Position numbers and translations under genes: made by a program. A stretch of 64,000 bases of DNA from Felis catus. Taxonomy: Eukaryota. The notes under the pieces are model-generated. The model made no database searches, had not been told where the DNA came from, and was given only the letters and a program-made list of their open reading frames with translations. The stretch covers positions 90,212,001 through 90,276,000 of the forward strand of contig NC_058368.1 of assembly GCF_018350175.1 (NCBI RefSeq). The letters are read 5' to 3'. Positions 24,860 through 38,398 of this stretch are shown here, one piece after another (the first letter of the stretch is position 1; every line of letters begins with the position of its first letter).

Positions 24860-25810
24860 ATAATTAATCAACAAGTATTAAATTACATTTGTTCTGTGCC
24901 AAGCATTCTGTGATGGACACTGTAGGGATCTACAGAAGAAGTATATGCAAGTAAGTACATGCTCTTAAGGAACATTTACTCCAACAGAGAGACAAACATG
25001 CAGGAAATAATTGGGACCCACTGGGTGCTGACTTAACAGGATAAGACCTAGTGATACCAAGGAAGACTTACTGACTCTGATGGCTGGAAGGAACTTATCA
25101 GAGGACTTCACAGTGGAGGCTTTCATTGTGCTGGGCCCTAAATGGTGGTCAGGATTTGACCAAAGACAGTCTGTAGGGTAATCATATGAGTCAGAAATCT
25201 GCCTGGAGGGGCAGGAGTCTGAGGATGAATGGTAGAAAATGAGGCTGTGGGCCCACTGACAACAAGCAGAGGGATTTGGGTTCTATATGCTAATTCATCA
25301 GCATAGTTTTTTGAGCTCCTGTCAGTTCTCCTGATGTAAACAGGACCCACATGATACCTGCTTTCGTGGAGTTAAAATCAAGCAGAGATGATAAACACTG
25401 AATTAGAAATCATAATTATGGGGGTGCCTGGGTGGCTAAGTTGGTTAAATGTCTGACTTCGGATTTCGGCTCAGGTTGTGATCTCATGGTTCGTGGGTTT
25501 GAGCCCCACATCGGGCTCTTTGGTGACAGTGCAAGCCTGCTTGGGTCTCCTTCCTTTCTTGTCTGCCCTTGCACTGTTCGTGTGCGTGCGCTCTCTCTTC
25601 TCTCTTTCTCTCTCAAAATAAATAGACATTAAAAAAATTATGATGAAAAGTCTTTATGAAGCAGACTTAAATCCACGGAATCAGAGAGGGCCACCCTGAG
25701 GAAATGACATTTGAATAGGAAATCACAAGTTGAGGAGAGTCTTCTAGGCAGAAGAATCCTCAGGGGTGAAGGCTCTGAGGTGGGAAAAACACAAAGTTTA
25801 GGTACTGGAG
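24860..25810 (-). mobile_element. L2 3' fragments (with inserted SINE)
   Basis: aatcaacaagtatt...ttctgtgccaagca; attcatcagcatagttttttgagctcct; ccctgaggaaatgacatttga. Confidence 0.55.
25420..25636 (+). mobile_element. Can-SINE
   Basis: gggggtgcctgggtggctaag head, CT-rich segment, A tail. Confidence 0.92.
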
Positions 25811-28229
25811 GTGAGGGGAGTTTGGCTGAAGGGGCGGACAGGGTAATAGTGAATTGGGCTAAAAGGCCTCATCCTCAAAGCAGACATGTGCCCAAGGTAA
25901 GGACCAGTTATTAGTGATGGCAGGGATTTGGAAAGACAAGGGAAGTGTAGTTCTCGGCCGGCAAGCCTGATGTCACCTAACTCGAGTGCCTCCTCGGTCC
26001 CAGCACTCTGCTAGGGGCCCTGCAGTGTGGTGGCACACACTGGCCAGGCCACAGCACTAGGCAGTTCGCAGCTCTTCTCCGTAGATGGTTGCTGTCTTGA
26101 GCAGCTAGAAAGTTCTTCCTGGCTTCTCTGGCACCTAAGTGTGGGCTTGGGAAACCCAGCAGGAGGCATCGGGTTTGGGGTATAGAGGGAAGGACTAGTG
26201 GGGAAACAGGCCCCACAAAGCATGGGTCGCCTCCCCCTAGGGGAAAAGCCTGGAAGCAGGAAGGCCCTGGGAAACTGGCCCCTGGCTGATTAGCATTTCT
26301 CATGATGTCAGTGAGACAGTGGTTACAGGAAGATCCTGTTTCAGCCCAGAGCCAAGTGAGACTGGGATGGATGGGAAGAGGGTGAGATTAAACAGCACAG
26401 GCTCGGCACATACATCATCTCAAACTTTCTCCAGCCTCCGGCATTTCAGCGCAACAATGCTCAGCATGCCACAGCTCTCTGCTCTTCTGTTTCTGCCGTA
26501 CTCCTTACGTGCTGAGAAGCGCTTGCTGTCCTGGCTCATCAGTGTACCCCTGTCCCTCCACAGACCCCCTTCTCTCCCTGTGGGGTGGCACTGCCCACCT
26601 GAAGTTCCAGGACCCTTGCACCAGCGGCACTGGATGCCCCCTGCAACTTATAACCCATAATCTCCTGGAGTGGACCCAAGGTCCATGTCTTAGCCCTCCC
26701 CTGCTCACACGTCAATTCTGCCTACCCTTCATTTTAGTCAAGAAACCTTAGATTTGTACCCCTCTGTGCTGTGCATTGTAATGTGAACTAATACGAATTG
26801 GTAAGAGTCCAAAACCAAAAGACACCTGGATGATGCCCTCAGTGAGTTTACAGTTGAAAGCCTCTGCAGTCTTCAGAGGGCCTTTTTTTGTACCGCTCTG
26901 ACAGTACCACCCTTCTTTTATGTTGTTGTTTGCGTATTTGATTGGCAGAAGGGAAAAGACTGCTCATTTCTTTATGTGAAAGTGTGCCTTTCCCGTTGTC
27001 TGCAGTGGTCAGCAGAATGCCTTGGGCAAAATAAGTGTGTACTGCATTGAAATTATTTTGTTAAGATATTTAGTTTTTATTGAGCTTTTCCTTCCATTTA
27101 AGGATAGAGTTTATAACTGATTTAAAAATTACAGTGTTAAGTACCAGTATTTTGTTTTCTTCCTTTGTCAGTGATGTTTCAAGAGCTTGCTTGTGTTGGT
27201 TCTAATGAATGCCCTTCATCTGCGGCCTGAAGGACATCTTTCCCAGTGCAGTGTCCGTGACATCATTGACAGGAAAGACAGCTCAATTTGTGGTTTTATT
27301 TGTTACCTCTAGTTAGTAGAATGAGTTCTTTGTAATGTAGTTAGCGGATGTGTGGTAGTATATATAAAAGGGAAGTTATGGTCTCTTGGATAGTTTAAAA
27401 TAATGTACATTTGTCTGAAAGTTAAGGATTTATTTTCTTGGACTTTAAAAATTTATATAGGCTTTTCTGTTACCGGTTAACAGTCTTAAATTGTGTCAAA
27501 TCATCAAGTTGGAAATGTCTTATACTTTTATCTGTGTGTCTGCAAGAATCTGTGGATAAATCTGTGGACATTCTTTTCACTGTTAGTAGGAAAATGTAAT
27601 TTAGATAAAGATGTAACCAAATAATAATGTTGCTTTTCAATCTTATCAATCAGCAGTATCAGGTCCTTCTTACTGTTCCTTTGGCTGGTTGAACAGGATT
27701 TGCTGAATGGCCCTTCATCTTTTTTCCCATCATATTCTCTTAAAAAAAAAAAAAAAAAACTTACATAGCTCTATGTTTATTGTGTAGCAATAAATTTAAA
27801 AATATCACACTTTGTAAAATATCAGAAATTCACTTTGTGAATATAAAAAAAATGACTTTATGAAAGCCAGTAAAGGTATATCTAAACATCCTGCAAAATA
27901 TCTTTAAATATCAATAATTTGGGACACTTAGTGTTAATCTAGTATCTTTATCCTTTCAAAAAAAAACCATCAAGAAATAAATGATAGTCATACTGTTATT
28001 TTAGTGTTTAAAGTTTTTTGGATCTTACTGAATATGGATTTAATTGCCTCAGAAAAGATGGAGCCTGCAGTTTAAATGCACTGCTGTGGCAGGAAGTAAG
28101 TGTTTAAATTGTGTGTATCTTTTTGCCGGAGTTGGCAGATATTTCTCCATGTGATCCATACACTCTTTAGAAAATTCAGAATTAGCAAAAAAAAAAAAAA
28201 AAAAAAAAAGGTAAAATTGAAACACTTAA

Positions 28230-29602
28230 TGGAACAGAATAGAAAACCCAGAAATAAACCCACGGCCATATAGTCCCTTTATCTTTGGCAAAGCAGGAAA
28301 GAATATCCAGTAGGAAAAAGACTGTCTCTTCAACAAATGATATTGGCAAAACTGGACAGTGACATGTTGGAGAAACTGGACCACTTTCTTACACCATACA
28401 CAAAAAGAAATTCAAAATGGATTAAAGACTTACATGTGAGATCTGAAACCAGAAAAATCCTAGAAGAGTACATAGGCAGTAACCTCTTTGACATTGGCTG
28501 TAGCAGCTCTTTTCTAGATGTGTTTCCTGAGGCAAAGGAAACAAAAGCAAAAATAAACTATTGGGACTTCATCGAAATAAAAAGCTTCTGCACAGCAAAG
28601 GAAACAATCAACAAAACTAAAAGGCAACCTATGGAATGGGAGACGATATTTGCAAATGACAGATCAGATAAAGGGTTGGTATCCAAAATACATAAAGAAC
28701 TTCTAAATCTCCACACCTAAAATACAAATAATCCAGTTTAAAATGGGAAGAAGACATGAACAGATATGTTTCTGAAGAAGACATCCAAATGGCCAATAAA
28801 CACATGAAAAGATGTTCATCACCACTCATCATCAGAGAAATGCAAATCAAAACTACAGTGAGATGTCACCTCACACCTGTCAGAATGGCTAAAGTCAGCA
28901 ACACAAGAAATGAGGTATTGGCGAGGATGCAGAGAAAGAGGAACCCACATGCACTGTTGGTAGGAATGCAAACTGGTGCACCCAGTGTGGAAATCAGTAT
29001 GGAAAAATCCTCAAAAAGTTAAAAATAGAACCTTCCCATAATCCAGCAGTCGCACTAGTGGGTATTTACCCAAAAAATACAAAAACACTAACTCAGAGGG
29101 ATACATGCACCCCTATATTTATAGCAGCATTATTTACAATAGACAAGTTATGTAAGTAGCCCAAATGTCCGTTGATTGATGAATGGATAAAGAAGTGGTA
29201 TATATACACAATGGAATATTATTCAACCATAAAAAGTAATGGTATCTTGCCATTTGCAATGACATGGATGGAGCTGGAGAGTATAATGCTAAGTGAAATA
29301 AGTTAGAGAAAGACAAATACCACATGATTTCAATCGTGTGGAATTTAAGAAACAAATAAGCAAAGGGGAAAAAGAGACACACCAAGAAACCGACTCTTAA
29401 CCATAGAGAACTGATGGTTACCAGAGGGGAGGTGGGTGGGGGATGGGGGAAATAGGTGATGGGGATTAAGGAGTATACTTGTCATTGTGAGCACCAGGTG
29501 ATGTATGGAAGTATTGAATCACTATTTTGTGCTCCTGAAATTGATATAACATTACATATTAACTAAGTGGAATTGAAATAAAAACTAAAAAAATTTAAAA
29601 AA
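28230..29602 (+). mobile_element. 5'-truncated carnivore-lineage L1 (ORF2 C-terminus plus 3' UTR)
   Basis: ORF2 peptides [20 protein letters not shown] and [15 protein letters not shown]-rich tail. 17-bp TSD aaaattgaaacacttaa (28213-28229) / aaaactgaaacacttaa (29603-29619). Confidence 0.95.
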
Positions 29603-30164
29603 AAAACTGAAACACTTAAGCAGTAGCTTTTTAAAAATAAAAATCACTTGTAAAAGAATAACTGCTGATGATTCCATTCAGAAACTTTTCTAGAAGCTCT
29701 GAAGTTTTCCTTTACTTCTCTGAATCTTAATTTACGTGGCCGGGAAGAGCCCCTCCATCTGCCAGAGACTTGAGACAGTGTATCTACTAGCCTTCCTGTC
29801 TATCTCTGACCTTGCAGGCTCTGTATCCCAAGTGGGTTGCTTAAACTCATCACTTGATTTGCCTTTTTACCTTTCTTGTGCTTATCTTTTCCTCACCAGC
29901 AGTGAAAGAGAGGAAGAAGCCAGAATCATATAAGGGATTGACAGAGGTTTAGAATAGCAGCGTAGAAATCCATTCCAAAGTTTACAGGATGGAAGACACT
30001 TCTTACTTGATAGCTGTTCACATGCTGCTGACCTGGATTTGCAGTTGCAAGCTCCGAGTGAGTCCCACAGGCCAGGCTACTAGGGATGGTGGTGGCATGC
30101 CTTCGAGGCCCGGTGAGGAGGCCCCAACCCTGACTGATGCCTTACAGTGTTCGTGCTTGTCAGG

Positions 30165-30380
30165 TCAGGGTTTTTAGGGCGTGGGGAGTGAGGGATATTT
30201 GAAGCAGGATAATTCTTTGCTCTGCAGGTTTCCCCTTGGTGTTATATAGCGGTTAGTCTCCCAGGCCCATGCCTCCCAAGTGCCAGTGACACCTGTCCGT
30301 CTGTGTGGCAGTATAAAACCCTTCCCCAGAGTTTGCGAACTTGTCCCGAGAGGCTTTTTCTGCCCCTCTGAGACCCACTG
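30165..30380. mobile_element. MER20-like hAT-Charlie MITE
   Basis: ggataattctttgc...tgccagtgacacc...tgcccctctgagacccactg. Confidence 0.6.
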
Positions 30381-30809
30381 TCACACTCCCAAGTCTGTGG
30401 GATGTGTAGAGGAGGAATGAAAGGGGGTCCCTCGGTGATGGTAGAGGGCGGGGAAGATGGGAATGGCAAAATGATGAAAGAAAAACGATAGGCTTTTATA
30501 TTTACCCACAGAGTAGCATGTCTGGTGTCCTTGTTCCTCTGTCTCCCTGGTCCCAGGTTCCGTCTGGTGTCCTTTCCCTGTCAACGTAGGTAGTTTTTAC
30601 CATTTCTCATAATGCAGAGCTGCTGGGGATGAAGTCTCTCATCGTTTATCCGAAAGTGCCTTTTCTGATATCATTTTTCAAGAACATGGACACAGAATTC
30701 TGAGTTGATGGTATTTTCCTTTCAGCACCTTAAAAAGTGTTGCGACTTTGTTTTCCAGCCTCCGTTTTTCCTGATGGAAAGATGTTCTTTTATGTAATGA
30801 GTCTTTTTT

Positions 30810-32160
30810 TTTTAAATAAACTGTATTTTTTTAAGAACTGTTTTACATTTATAAAAAAAAATTGCAGAGATAATACAAAGAATTCCCATAGACTTGCACC
30901 CAGTATCCTCTATTATGTAACTAACATCTTACATCAGTGTGGTACATGTGTTATAATTAATGAACCGATCAGTATAGGTACATCATCATCAACTACAGTC
31001 TGTACTTCATTCACATTTCCTTAATTTTTACATAATGTCCTCCGCCTGTGCCAGGGTCCTATCCAGGAGGGGATGTCGTTGTATCTCCTTAGTCTTTGGC
31101 TGTGACACTTTCATGGACTTCCCTTGTTTTTGATAACCTTGACAGTTTTGGGGAGTGCTGTTAGGTATTTTGAAGGATGTCCTTCAGTTGGGATTTATTT
31201 GATCTTTTTTTCATGATTAGACTGAGAACCTGGGTTTTTGAGAGGAAGACCACAGGAGTAAAGTGTCATTCTCAACATCCTATCAAGGATACATATTATC
31301 ACCATAAATGATCACTGCTGGTGTAGACTTTGGTCACCTGGTGTTTGTCAGGTGTGTTTTCAGGCTTCTCCACTGGAAAGCTCCTCTTCTCTCTCTCCCA
31401 TAAAGGAGGTCACCATGCACAGCCCACACTTAAGGAGGGGGAAGTTCAGCTTCGCCTCCTTAGGGCAGAATGTTACTTATCTGGAATTATTCTGCATGGA
31501 TAATTTGTTTCTTCTCTACTTATTAATTTGTTCAGTCATTTATTTATATCAGTTTGGACTCATGGATATTTATTTTATACTTCGTATTGTAATATAATAC
31601 TACTGGGCTTATTTTTGTTGCTTAAATTAAATTATATTTGGCCATTAGGAGCTCTTTCACTTGGCTCCTGCGTCCTTTGACGTGCACCCATTACCATGGG
31701 TATTGGTTTTTTGTTTGTCTTGTTTTTGAGCACTTTCTTCCTTTCTGGTGCTGTGAGATGCTCTGGGCTCGTCCTATATATAGTTTCTGTCCCAGCCCAA
31801 GAATCAGCCATTTCTCCCAGGAAGCCTGGTTTCTGTTTTTGGAGAATGACACTAGAAGCCAAGCTCTGGGCATTAGATGTGCTCATTACTATGAGGTTCT
31901 GTTGCTTCTGGGTCCTCTCAGCTGACAGAGCAAGGAGATCTATGTGTGTATTCCAGCCCTTGTACATACACGTATCCATAAGTACTGTTGTGTGTAACCT
32001 TCTGTGTCTGTATTAAGCTAAGAATGCGTTCATCCCGATGTCACCAACCCTAATCCATGACCACTTGCATCATGCTAGGCCCTTGCTTACCTTAAACTGC
32101 CACTTGAAAAGTGAGAAAGCTGGCTCCCACCTCCCACCATCCGTTTTCTTGTTGATCACA
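30810..32160 (-). mobile_element. L1MC/L1MD-type 3' end
   Basis: ctgttttacatttataaaaaaaaattgcagagataatacaaagaattcccata...ccttgtttttgataaccttgacagttttg. Confidence 0.85.
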
Positions 32161-32319
32161 GAGCTCTCAGACTTACAGATTCTTAAACACAAATAACAGC
32201 TCTGAAGGCTTTTAGAGTGCCGATGGTCAGCGTGCCAGCTGACAGAGGCTGCTTCCCTTGCATGTCTTCCCTGGGTGGAACGCCCCACTCAGTACTTAAC
32301 CTTTCTTTCTCCTCCCATT

Positions 32320-32760
32320 TAAAATTCTTTTATCGAAAACTTGTAAGAAAATACAAATGTAAGTATCTTGGCTTGAAAATGACACAAAACTAGGTGGATC
32401 TTGGAACACGTGTAACAACAAAAAGAAAATACTTACTAAGTGAACCTGCAGGTGAGTTCAAAAAATTAGTAACGGGTTCATGGAGACCTGGCTTAGGTAA
32501 CAGTTCCAAGTGGGAACCTTCCATCCTATAAGCTCTGCGTACACTAATGTGTGCCAAAAATATGTTGAAAACTCAGGCCGTATCCTTGTGAACACAATTT
32601 TCAGAATATCATGATATTCATAATACTCAGATGTAGGGAGAGGTTAACCTCATGCTGCTCTTGATATTGGATGGGTTGTATTCATTTTTAGCATTTTTAG
32701 CATTTTATTTTAATAAAAGGCATTGAAAAACTGTTGTCCACAAAAGAACAGGATGGGAAA
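32320..32760 (+). mobile_element. CR1/L3 LINE remnant, RT part
   Basis: aat gac aca aaa cta ggt gga at 32378-32398 translates NDTKLGG, close to the CR1 motif FADDTKLGG. Confidence 0.6.
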
Positions 32761-32779
32761 AAAATCTGTAAACAGTGTT

Positions 32780-33585
32780 TTACCATTTAGAATTTGAGCA
32801 TCAAAGTGAATAACGCTAGAAATAATTTTAGCCCATTAAGTAAAATAAGAAACATGAGTTCATACTAATCCAAAAAGTAAAAGAGTAAATTGAAATTTTG
32901 ATGAGGAATGGAATGTTTTACCTAGTCTCAAAATACCTCCTCCCCACAGAATATTTATTAATTCCAAAGGGGGAAAAGAGTGACTTTGCAGTGGAAATGC
33001 CTGGAGAACATCACTTGTACAAAACCACATGATCAAAGTGAACTTCATCAGTATTGGGATGTGTCATAACTGTCCACCACCTGGTAGGACACACCGGAAA
33101 AAGCACAGCATCGCTTCTTTTGATGTTGCTGCCAGAAGTGCATGACCTGAATCTAGCCCTGAGGAAACACCAGATAAATCCAGAATGAGGGACATTCTGC
33201 AAAGTCACTGGGCTGTATATAATCTTCAAAAGTGTCAAAGTCATGGACATCAAGGAAAGTCTGTACCAGACTGACAGCGAGTCATGAGATGTGATGGCTG
33301 AATGCAGTGCGTGGCTGCAATCCGGGCCTGCTCCAAGGGACATTGTTGGGAATTGGGGACACTTGAATGGACTCTGAGATGAGGCAGTAGTAATGTGTCT
33401 GTGTTCATTTCCTGGTTTGAGTGGTTGTACTCTGTCCACAAATGGTTTTTGTTTATAGGAGAGTACACACTAAGTGTTTGGAGGGGATGACCCATCACGC
33501 CAGTAACTTTCTCTTGAATGGTTTGGGGAAGAGAGATTTTCATGCAATACTTCCAGCTTTTCTGTGTCAGGTTCTTTAAAAATAT
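32780..33585 (+). mobile_element. L1MC4/5-type 3' end
   Basis: gtgactttgcagtggaaa...gatcaaagtgaacttcatcag...gacctgaatcta...aatccagaatgagggacattctgcaaa. Confidence 0.8.
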
Positions 33586-33589
33586 TTTT

Positions 33590-33826
33590 TAGGGCTGCCT
33601 GGCTGGCTCAGTTGGTTAAGCATCCAGCTTCAGCTCAGGTCATAATCTCACGGTTCGGAGTTCAAGCCCCGCTTCAGGCTCTGTGCTGATAGCTCAGAGC
33701 CTGGAGCCTGCTTTGGATTCTGTGTCTCCCTCTCTCTCTGCCCCTCCCCTGCTTGCTCTCTTTCTTTCTTTCTTTCTCTCTCTCTCTCTCTCAAAAATAA
33801 ACAAACATTAAAAAAGAAATTTTTTA
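33590..33826 (+). mobile_element. Can-SINE
   Basis: Typical head, (CTTT)/(CT)n and tail. Confidence 0.92.
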
Positions 33827-33829
33827 ATG

Positions 33830-34200
33830 AATAATTTGGGATTCTAGGACTAGTTAATATGGAGAAAAGTCCGAAGTGGAGTACCAGAGATGTCTTTGAC
33901 TATCTGAAGGACTGTTGCACGGAAGAGGAATTTTCTTCCATTCCATGATGTACAGCTTGAAGTTGGGGTGTTTCTTACATTTGCCAGCGTCTTCCAATGT
34001 ATTGGCAGGATTTTTTTTCATGATATATATGATAATAATACACCTCACAGTTGATGATATTTTATACCATCAATAAGTGAAATACAGTTTATTTATTTGG
34101 TGGTGGTTCTTGAAAGAAGAGAACCAAGAGCCATGAATGGGCATTTAGGAATCAAGATTTTAATTAGGGGGAAGACCTTTCTCATACTTAAAACTACCTG
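33830..34200 (+). mobile_element. CR1/L3 LINE remnant, 3' part
   Basis: LGLVNMEK (from 33844) and VFDYLKDC (33892-33915) resemble CR1 LGLFSLEK...VFKYLKGC. Confidence 0.6.
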
Positions 34201-35189
34201 TGCATAGAACTAGCTACCTAAAACGGTAAGTTATTTGTATTGTATTGAAGAGGACCCCTAAGATCTCTCTTAATTAGAAGATTCTGTGACTCTGCTGACC
34301 AGTGATTGTCTTCCCAGGTACCCCCTCCCTCCCTTTCTGCCTCTAGATGAAAGAGAAAAGTGGCTTTCTCTTCCATGACAGGCTTGTTCCTACCATCTTT
34401 CCTTTTTTGACTTGGGAAAAACAAACAGATTACATGATGAGTACACACAGGAGATGGAGTAAGAAAAGAAACTGGCATTTGAGCACTGGGTGTGGAGCCT
34501 TTGCTCTACTTGGTGTGAGTCTGAAGAACTTCCTGCTGGAGGAATCAAGGAACAAGGGTTTAGTAGACCCTCATTCTTTCTGAGGGTGGACTGCAGCCAA
34601 ATATCGGTCAGGAATTATCAAGTGACTTTGAAGTCGCTCAGCAGCTCACACATTGAGCCCCTGAATGTCGGCCTCATGGCAGGAGATTCAGGTTCAACTT
34701 GAGCACAATAAGAGCTACTCATCAGCATCGTGCAACCATGGGCACCAACTGGATGCCACGACACTAATGTTTTCTCCACTCAGTACAGCTGGTTTCAAAC
34801 CAGTACACTTTCACAGTGACAGAACTTCACCCTTCATTCTCGTGCCCCACACACTCATTTCCCCCACTCACAGCGCTGCCGTCATCCTGGCCAGCCGCAG
34901 AATCCACATGAAAAGGGCCTAACCTAAAACCCCATTGTCTGGTATGTCCCAGAGGTACATCTCTGGTCTCAGGTCCAGTGTGTCCTGTTCTCCAACCATT
35001 GCTTCTTCCCTTCCCCTCCTGTCCTCCTGACCTTTGGTTTTGTGGAAGCTTCCAGTTGAGCCCTAGCTCCGTTTTCTCCCAGTTCTCCTCCTCCTCTGGG
35101 TGCCGTGCCTTCATTCTGCTTGGGCCACATGAGCCACTCTTTTGGTCCCGTGACCACCAGTTTCATTTGGTCCGTTAAGAGTGCCTATT

Positions 35190-35515
35190 GTCATGTCCAC
35201 AAGTGTAGTCACCATCTGTCACCATACAGTATTATCACAATATTACTGACTGTATGCCCTATGCTGTACTTTTCATCTCTGTGACTTATTTTATCACCGG
35301 GACCTTGTACCTCTTCGTCACCTTCACCTATTTCCTCCATCCCCCAGCTCCCCTCCCCTCTGGCAACTACCAGTTCTCTATTTAAGTGTCTGGTTTTTGT
35401 TCATTTGTTTTGTTTTTTACATATGAGTGAAATCATAAGGCATTTGTCTTTCTTGGTCTGATTTATTTCATGTAGCATAACACCCTCTAGATCCGTCCAT
35501 GTTCTTGCAAATATC
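35190..35515 (-). mobile_element. L1MA-type 3' end
   Basis: caccatctgtcaccataca...tatgctgtac...ccctctggcaactaccagttctc...catatgagtgaaatcata. Confidence 0.82.
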
Positions 35516-36749
35516 AAAGGCTTTGAACAGAGTGGTATGACAAATTAGGTTTTAGAAAAAACACTGACAGATCTCAGCAGGATGTTTGTAATTGCTATAA
35601 CCTGTCATCTGCCTCTGTCAGATTTATTGATGTATTCATTTCATAAAAGACCGTAGCATATCCTTTTTTTCCCCCTTGAGTTCTTCAAGGGGTCGGAGAA
35701 GAATAAGTACTGGGTTTGAAGCAGTGAAATATGGTAGATAAACATTTGAGAAGGACTTAAGTCAGTGAAAGGGAGAGTGAAGAGAAGGCCTCAGACCACT
35801 TGCGAGCAGACTCACTGAGGCACAGACACGCCAGGCTTTGCCGATCTGTGCAACTTGACTGAGTTACAAAAAAATCCCTGAATTATATCTGCCTGTTCCC
35901 TCAGCAGCAGCCATTCTAGAACTTAAAAGCAATTTTAATTCTTTCACCTAAAGTATGTAGTGTTCTGCTTTACATGTAAAAATAGGTCATTGATTTCTAT
36001 AGGAGTAACTCTGACGCCATTGATAGTAACCTACCAGAAATTATGAAAGTATCATCGCAAATGCTTTATGTGGGAATACAGCAGCTCCCTGAACTTTTTT
36101 TTATGGGAAATTTACTAAAATTATCTAAGAGCATGAAAATTCCTTGAAACCTTGGCAGCTCATTTGAACCTAACAAACATGTTCATCTGTTAAGGTGTAA
36201 AACCTCTGCTAAATGGGATTTTGTACAGGGATGTTGTTTTCTTTAAAAATAAAAAATGGTAAGATTACAGTAAAAAAGTAGAACTGCTTGCTTACGGTAA
36301 AAGCACCTCTCTCCACTTGTGGCCTGATGCCCCAGACAGCTCATTTGTGTTTTCTTCCTGCCTCAGCCTTTCTCAGGTGAAAGTCTCAGCTGCCCAGCGG
36401 AACTGGGCTTGCCCCAAGGTTCAGTCCCAGGAGAGGGGAAGAAGCCGTGTGTTGGTAGGGGATGGGTTTCTGATACCTCCCAACTGGGGGACTCCCTGAG
36501 CTGAAGTACAGATCCCTGTGGAAGCCAGGAGGATTGTGGTGGTCAGCAGGTGCCTGAGTGCTTCCCATGGTGGCTGGAGAGGTTAACGAGAGGGAATAGG
36601 AGTTCCAAACTTCTGTGGTAGGAGCTCTTTGGTCTCCTCCAGAGGATGCTTTCATGTGCTTTCCATAAAGAAGAATAGTAGAAGTGGGATTAGCTCAGTG
36701 AGGTGTAGCATTTCCTGAGCATCTGCCGTGAGTCCTGCAGGTAACATCT

Positions 36750-36830
36750 CATTTAGAAGAAACTGAAGTTCAGAGAGGTTAAGTTTTATGCTGGGGTTTG
36801 AACCTAGACATTCTGACTCCAGGGCCCAAC
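36750..36830 (-). mobile_element. MIR fragment
   Basis: gaaactgaagttcagagaggttaag...gctggggtttgaacctagacattctgactccagggccc. Confidence 0.75.
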
Positions 36831-37039
36831 GGAGGTTAATTCTTAGGTTTCTTTGGTCCCGAAAAATTGATTTTGTGGTCAGGATTATAGCAGCATTACC
36901 GTATTTTTCTACTTACCTTTTTTTTTTTTTCTCATTAAAAAATAGAATTGCTACAAGTAGGGAGCTCTGTTTTACAAAACATTGCCCACCCAGCAGTTCT
37001 GGTTTTTAATGGGGAAAAAAAAGTAAGTAGAAAAATATG

Positions 37040-37835
37040 CTAATGCCTCTGATTATAGAAGCACTTTACAAATGTAGAAGAAATTATACTGTTAGAAAAT
37101 CACCATTTTGTAAACACTGTTGTAGTAACTGATTCAAGTGAGCTTTAATGGGTGCTGAGAGCTCTGAATAAAAGCTTACTGGAGAGCTAGATAATCTGGA
37201 AGCATCACCCCATAGATTGTTTAGTAATCTAAAAAAAATATTTTTCTGCAGTTGAAAAATCTAGCTGATACCAGATTGACCAAGTGTTAAAATTCACCAT
37301 CACCAATAAAGGTAAAACTTGACAGGTACATCCCGATGTGAACACTAGAAGGACAGATACAGCATCACCTGTGTGGCATTTCTGCCAAAAAACATTTACT
37401 TCAGATATCTAATCACAGTCAGTAATCAGAAACAATCAGACAAATCCAGATTGAGGGACATTTTCAAAACATATGTCCTGGTCTCATTAAAAAGGTCAAT
37501 GACATGAACGACCAAAAGTGACTGAGGACTGCTTTAGATTATCAGAGACAAAGGAGACAAGACAACACGAGGTGTACAAGGCCTGATTGCGTCCTGGGTA
37601 CTGCACTGACCCACACTAAACAATTCTGAAGGTTTCATTAGACTCGGGCAGAGATATTTGACTATGGCCCGTATATTACAGAACAGTGTCCTATCAGAGT
37701 TCAGTTTCTCGAATGTGATAAATTAATTGTGTCCTTCTTCTTAGGAAATAATGCTGAAGTATTTAAGGAGGAAATGTCATGATTTGAAACTCTTCTGGGG
37801 TTTGAAAATTCTCAAAAGGAGAAAGAATTAAAAAA
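37040..37835 (+). mobile_element. L1MC4/L1ME-type 3' end
   Basis: tagaaaatcaccattttg...cagcatcacctgtgtggcatttctgccaaaa...cagacaaatccagattgagggacatt. Confidence 0.78.
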
Positions 37836-38241
37836 AAAAAAAAAGCTGTTTATTAAAGTAGCCAAACTCAAGCAGTGGAAATCTAGATTCACATTAAAAA
37901 ATAAAAGTGGAGAAAGTTTTAAGCAAATAGGTGAAAGCAGGGATCACCCTAGATTTTTACTTACTTGTCATCCCTGGTAAATTAATCCTGGCTCCTGGGC
38001 ATGTGAAGTGCTGAGGATTCTGAGGCCATATCCATTAGGATTAGGGTCAGTGGTGGTGGATGTTGTCTCTCCTTGAATGTTTATATCATTGTAGTCTAAT
38101 TAGTCTTCAACTCTTATCAGTCTCTGCTTGACCCAACCCTGCTTTTATCGAGAAGCTTATACTTTGGCATTAGTATCCTCCCGCAAGCTGGCCAAGACTT
38201 CCCAGATCTTTAAAAGTCAAGAGTCAGAGGCATCCTTAAAT

Positions 38242-38398
38242 CAGGGTCTTTCAACCCAGATCATCTCTAGGGGTGGGAAGTGAGGAGATCCACAAATCTC
38301 TCCTGAAATTAGTAGAATTGGGACTTCTCTTGTAGGAGGGGTCTCCTACCATCAGGTTCTCTAAGTGATTTACTGTCAGAAGTGGTTAAGAACCGAGT
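38242..38398. mobile_element. hAT-Charlie MITE remnant
   Basis: Termini cagggtctttcaacc and ggttaagaaccgagtg are degenerate Charlie TIRs. Confidence 0.5.

Noticed and set aside
28337..29022. L1 ORF2-like ORFs as a functional gene
   Set aside because: 5'-truncated and frameshifted retrotransposon remnant.
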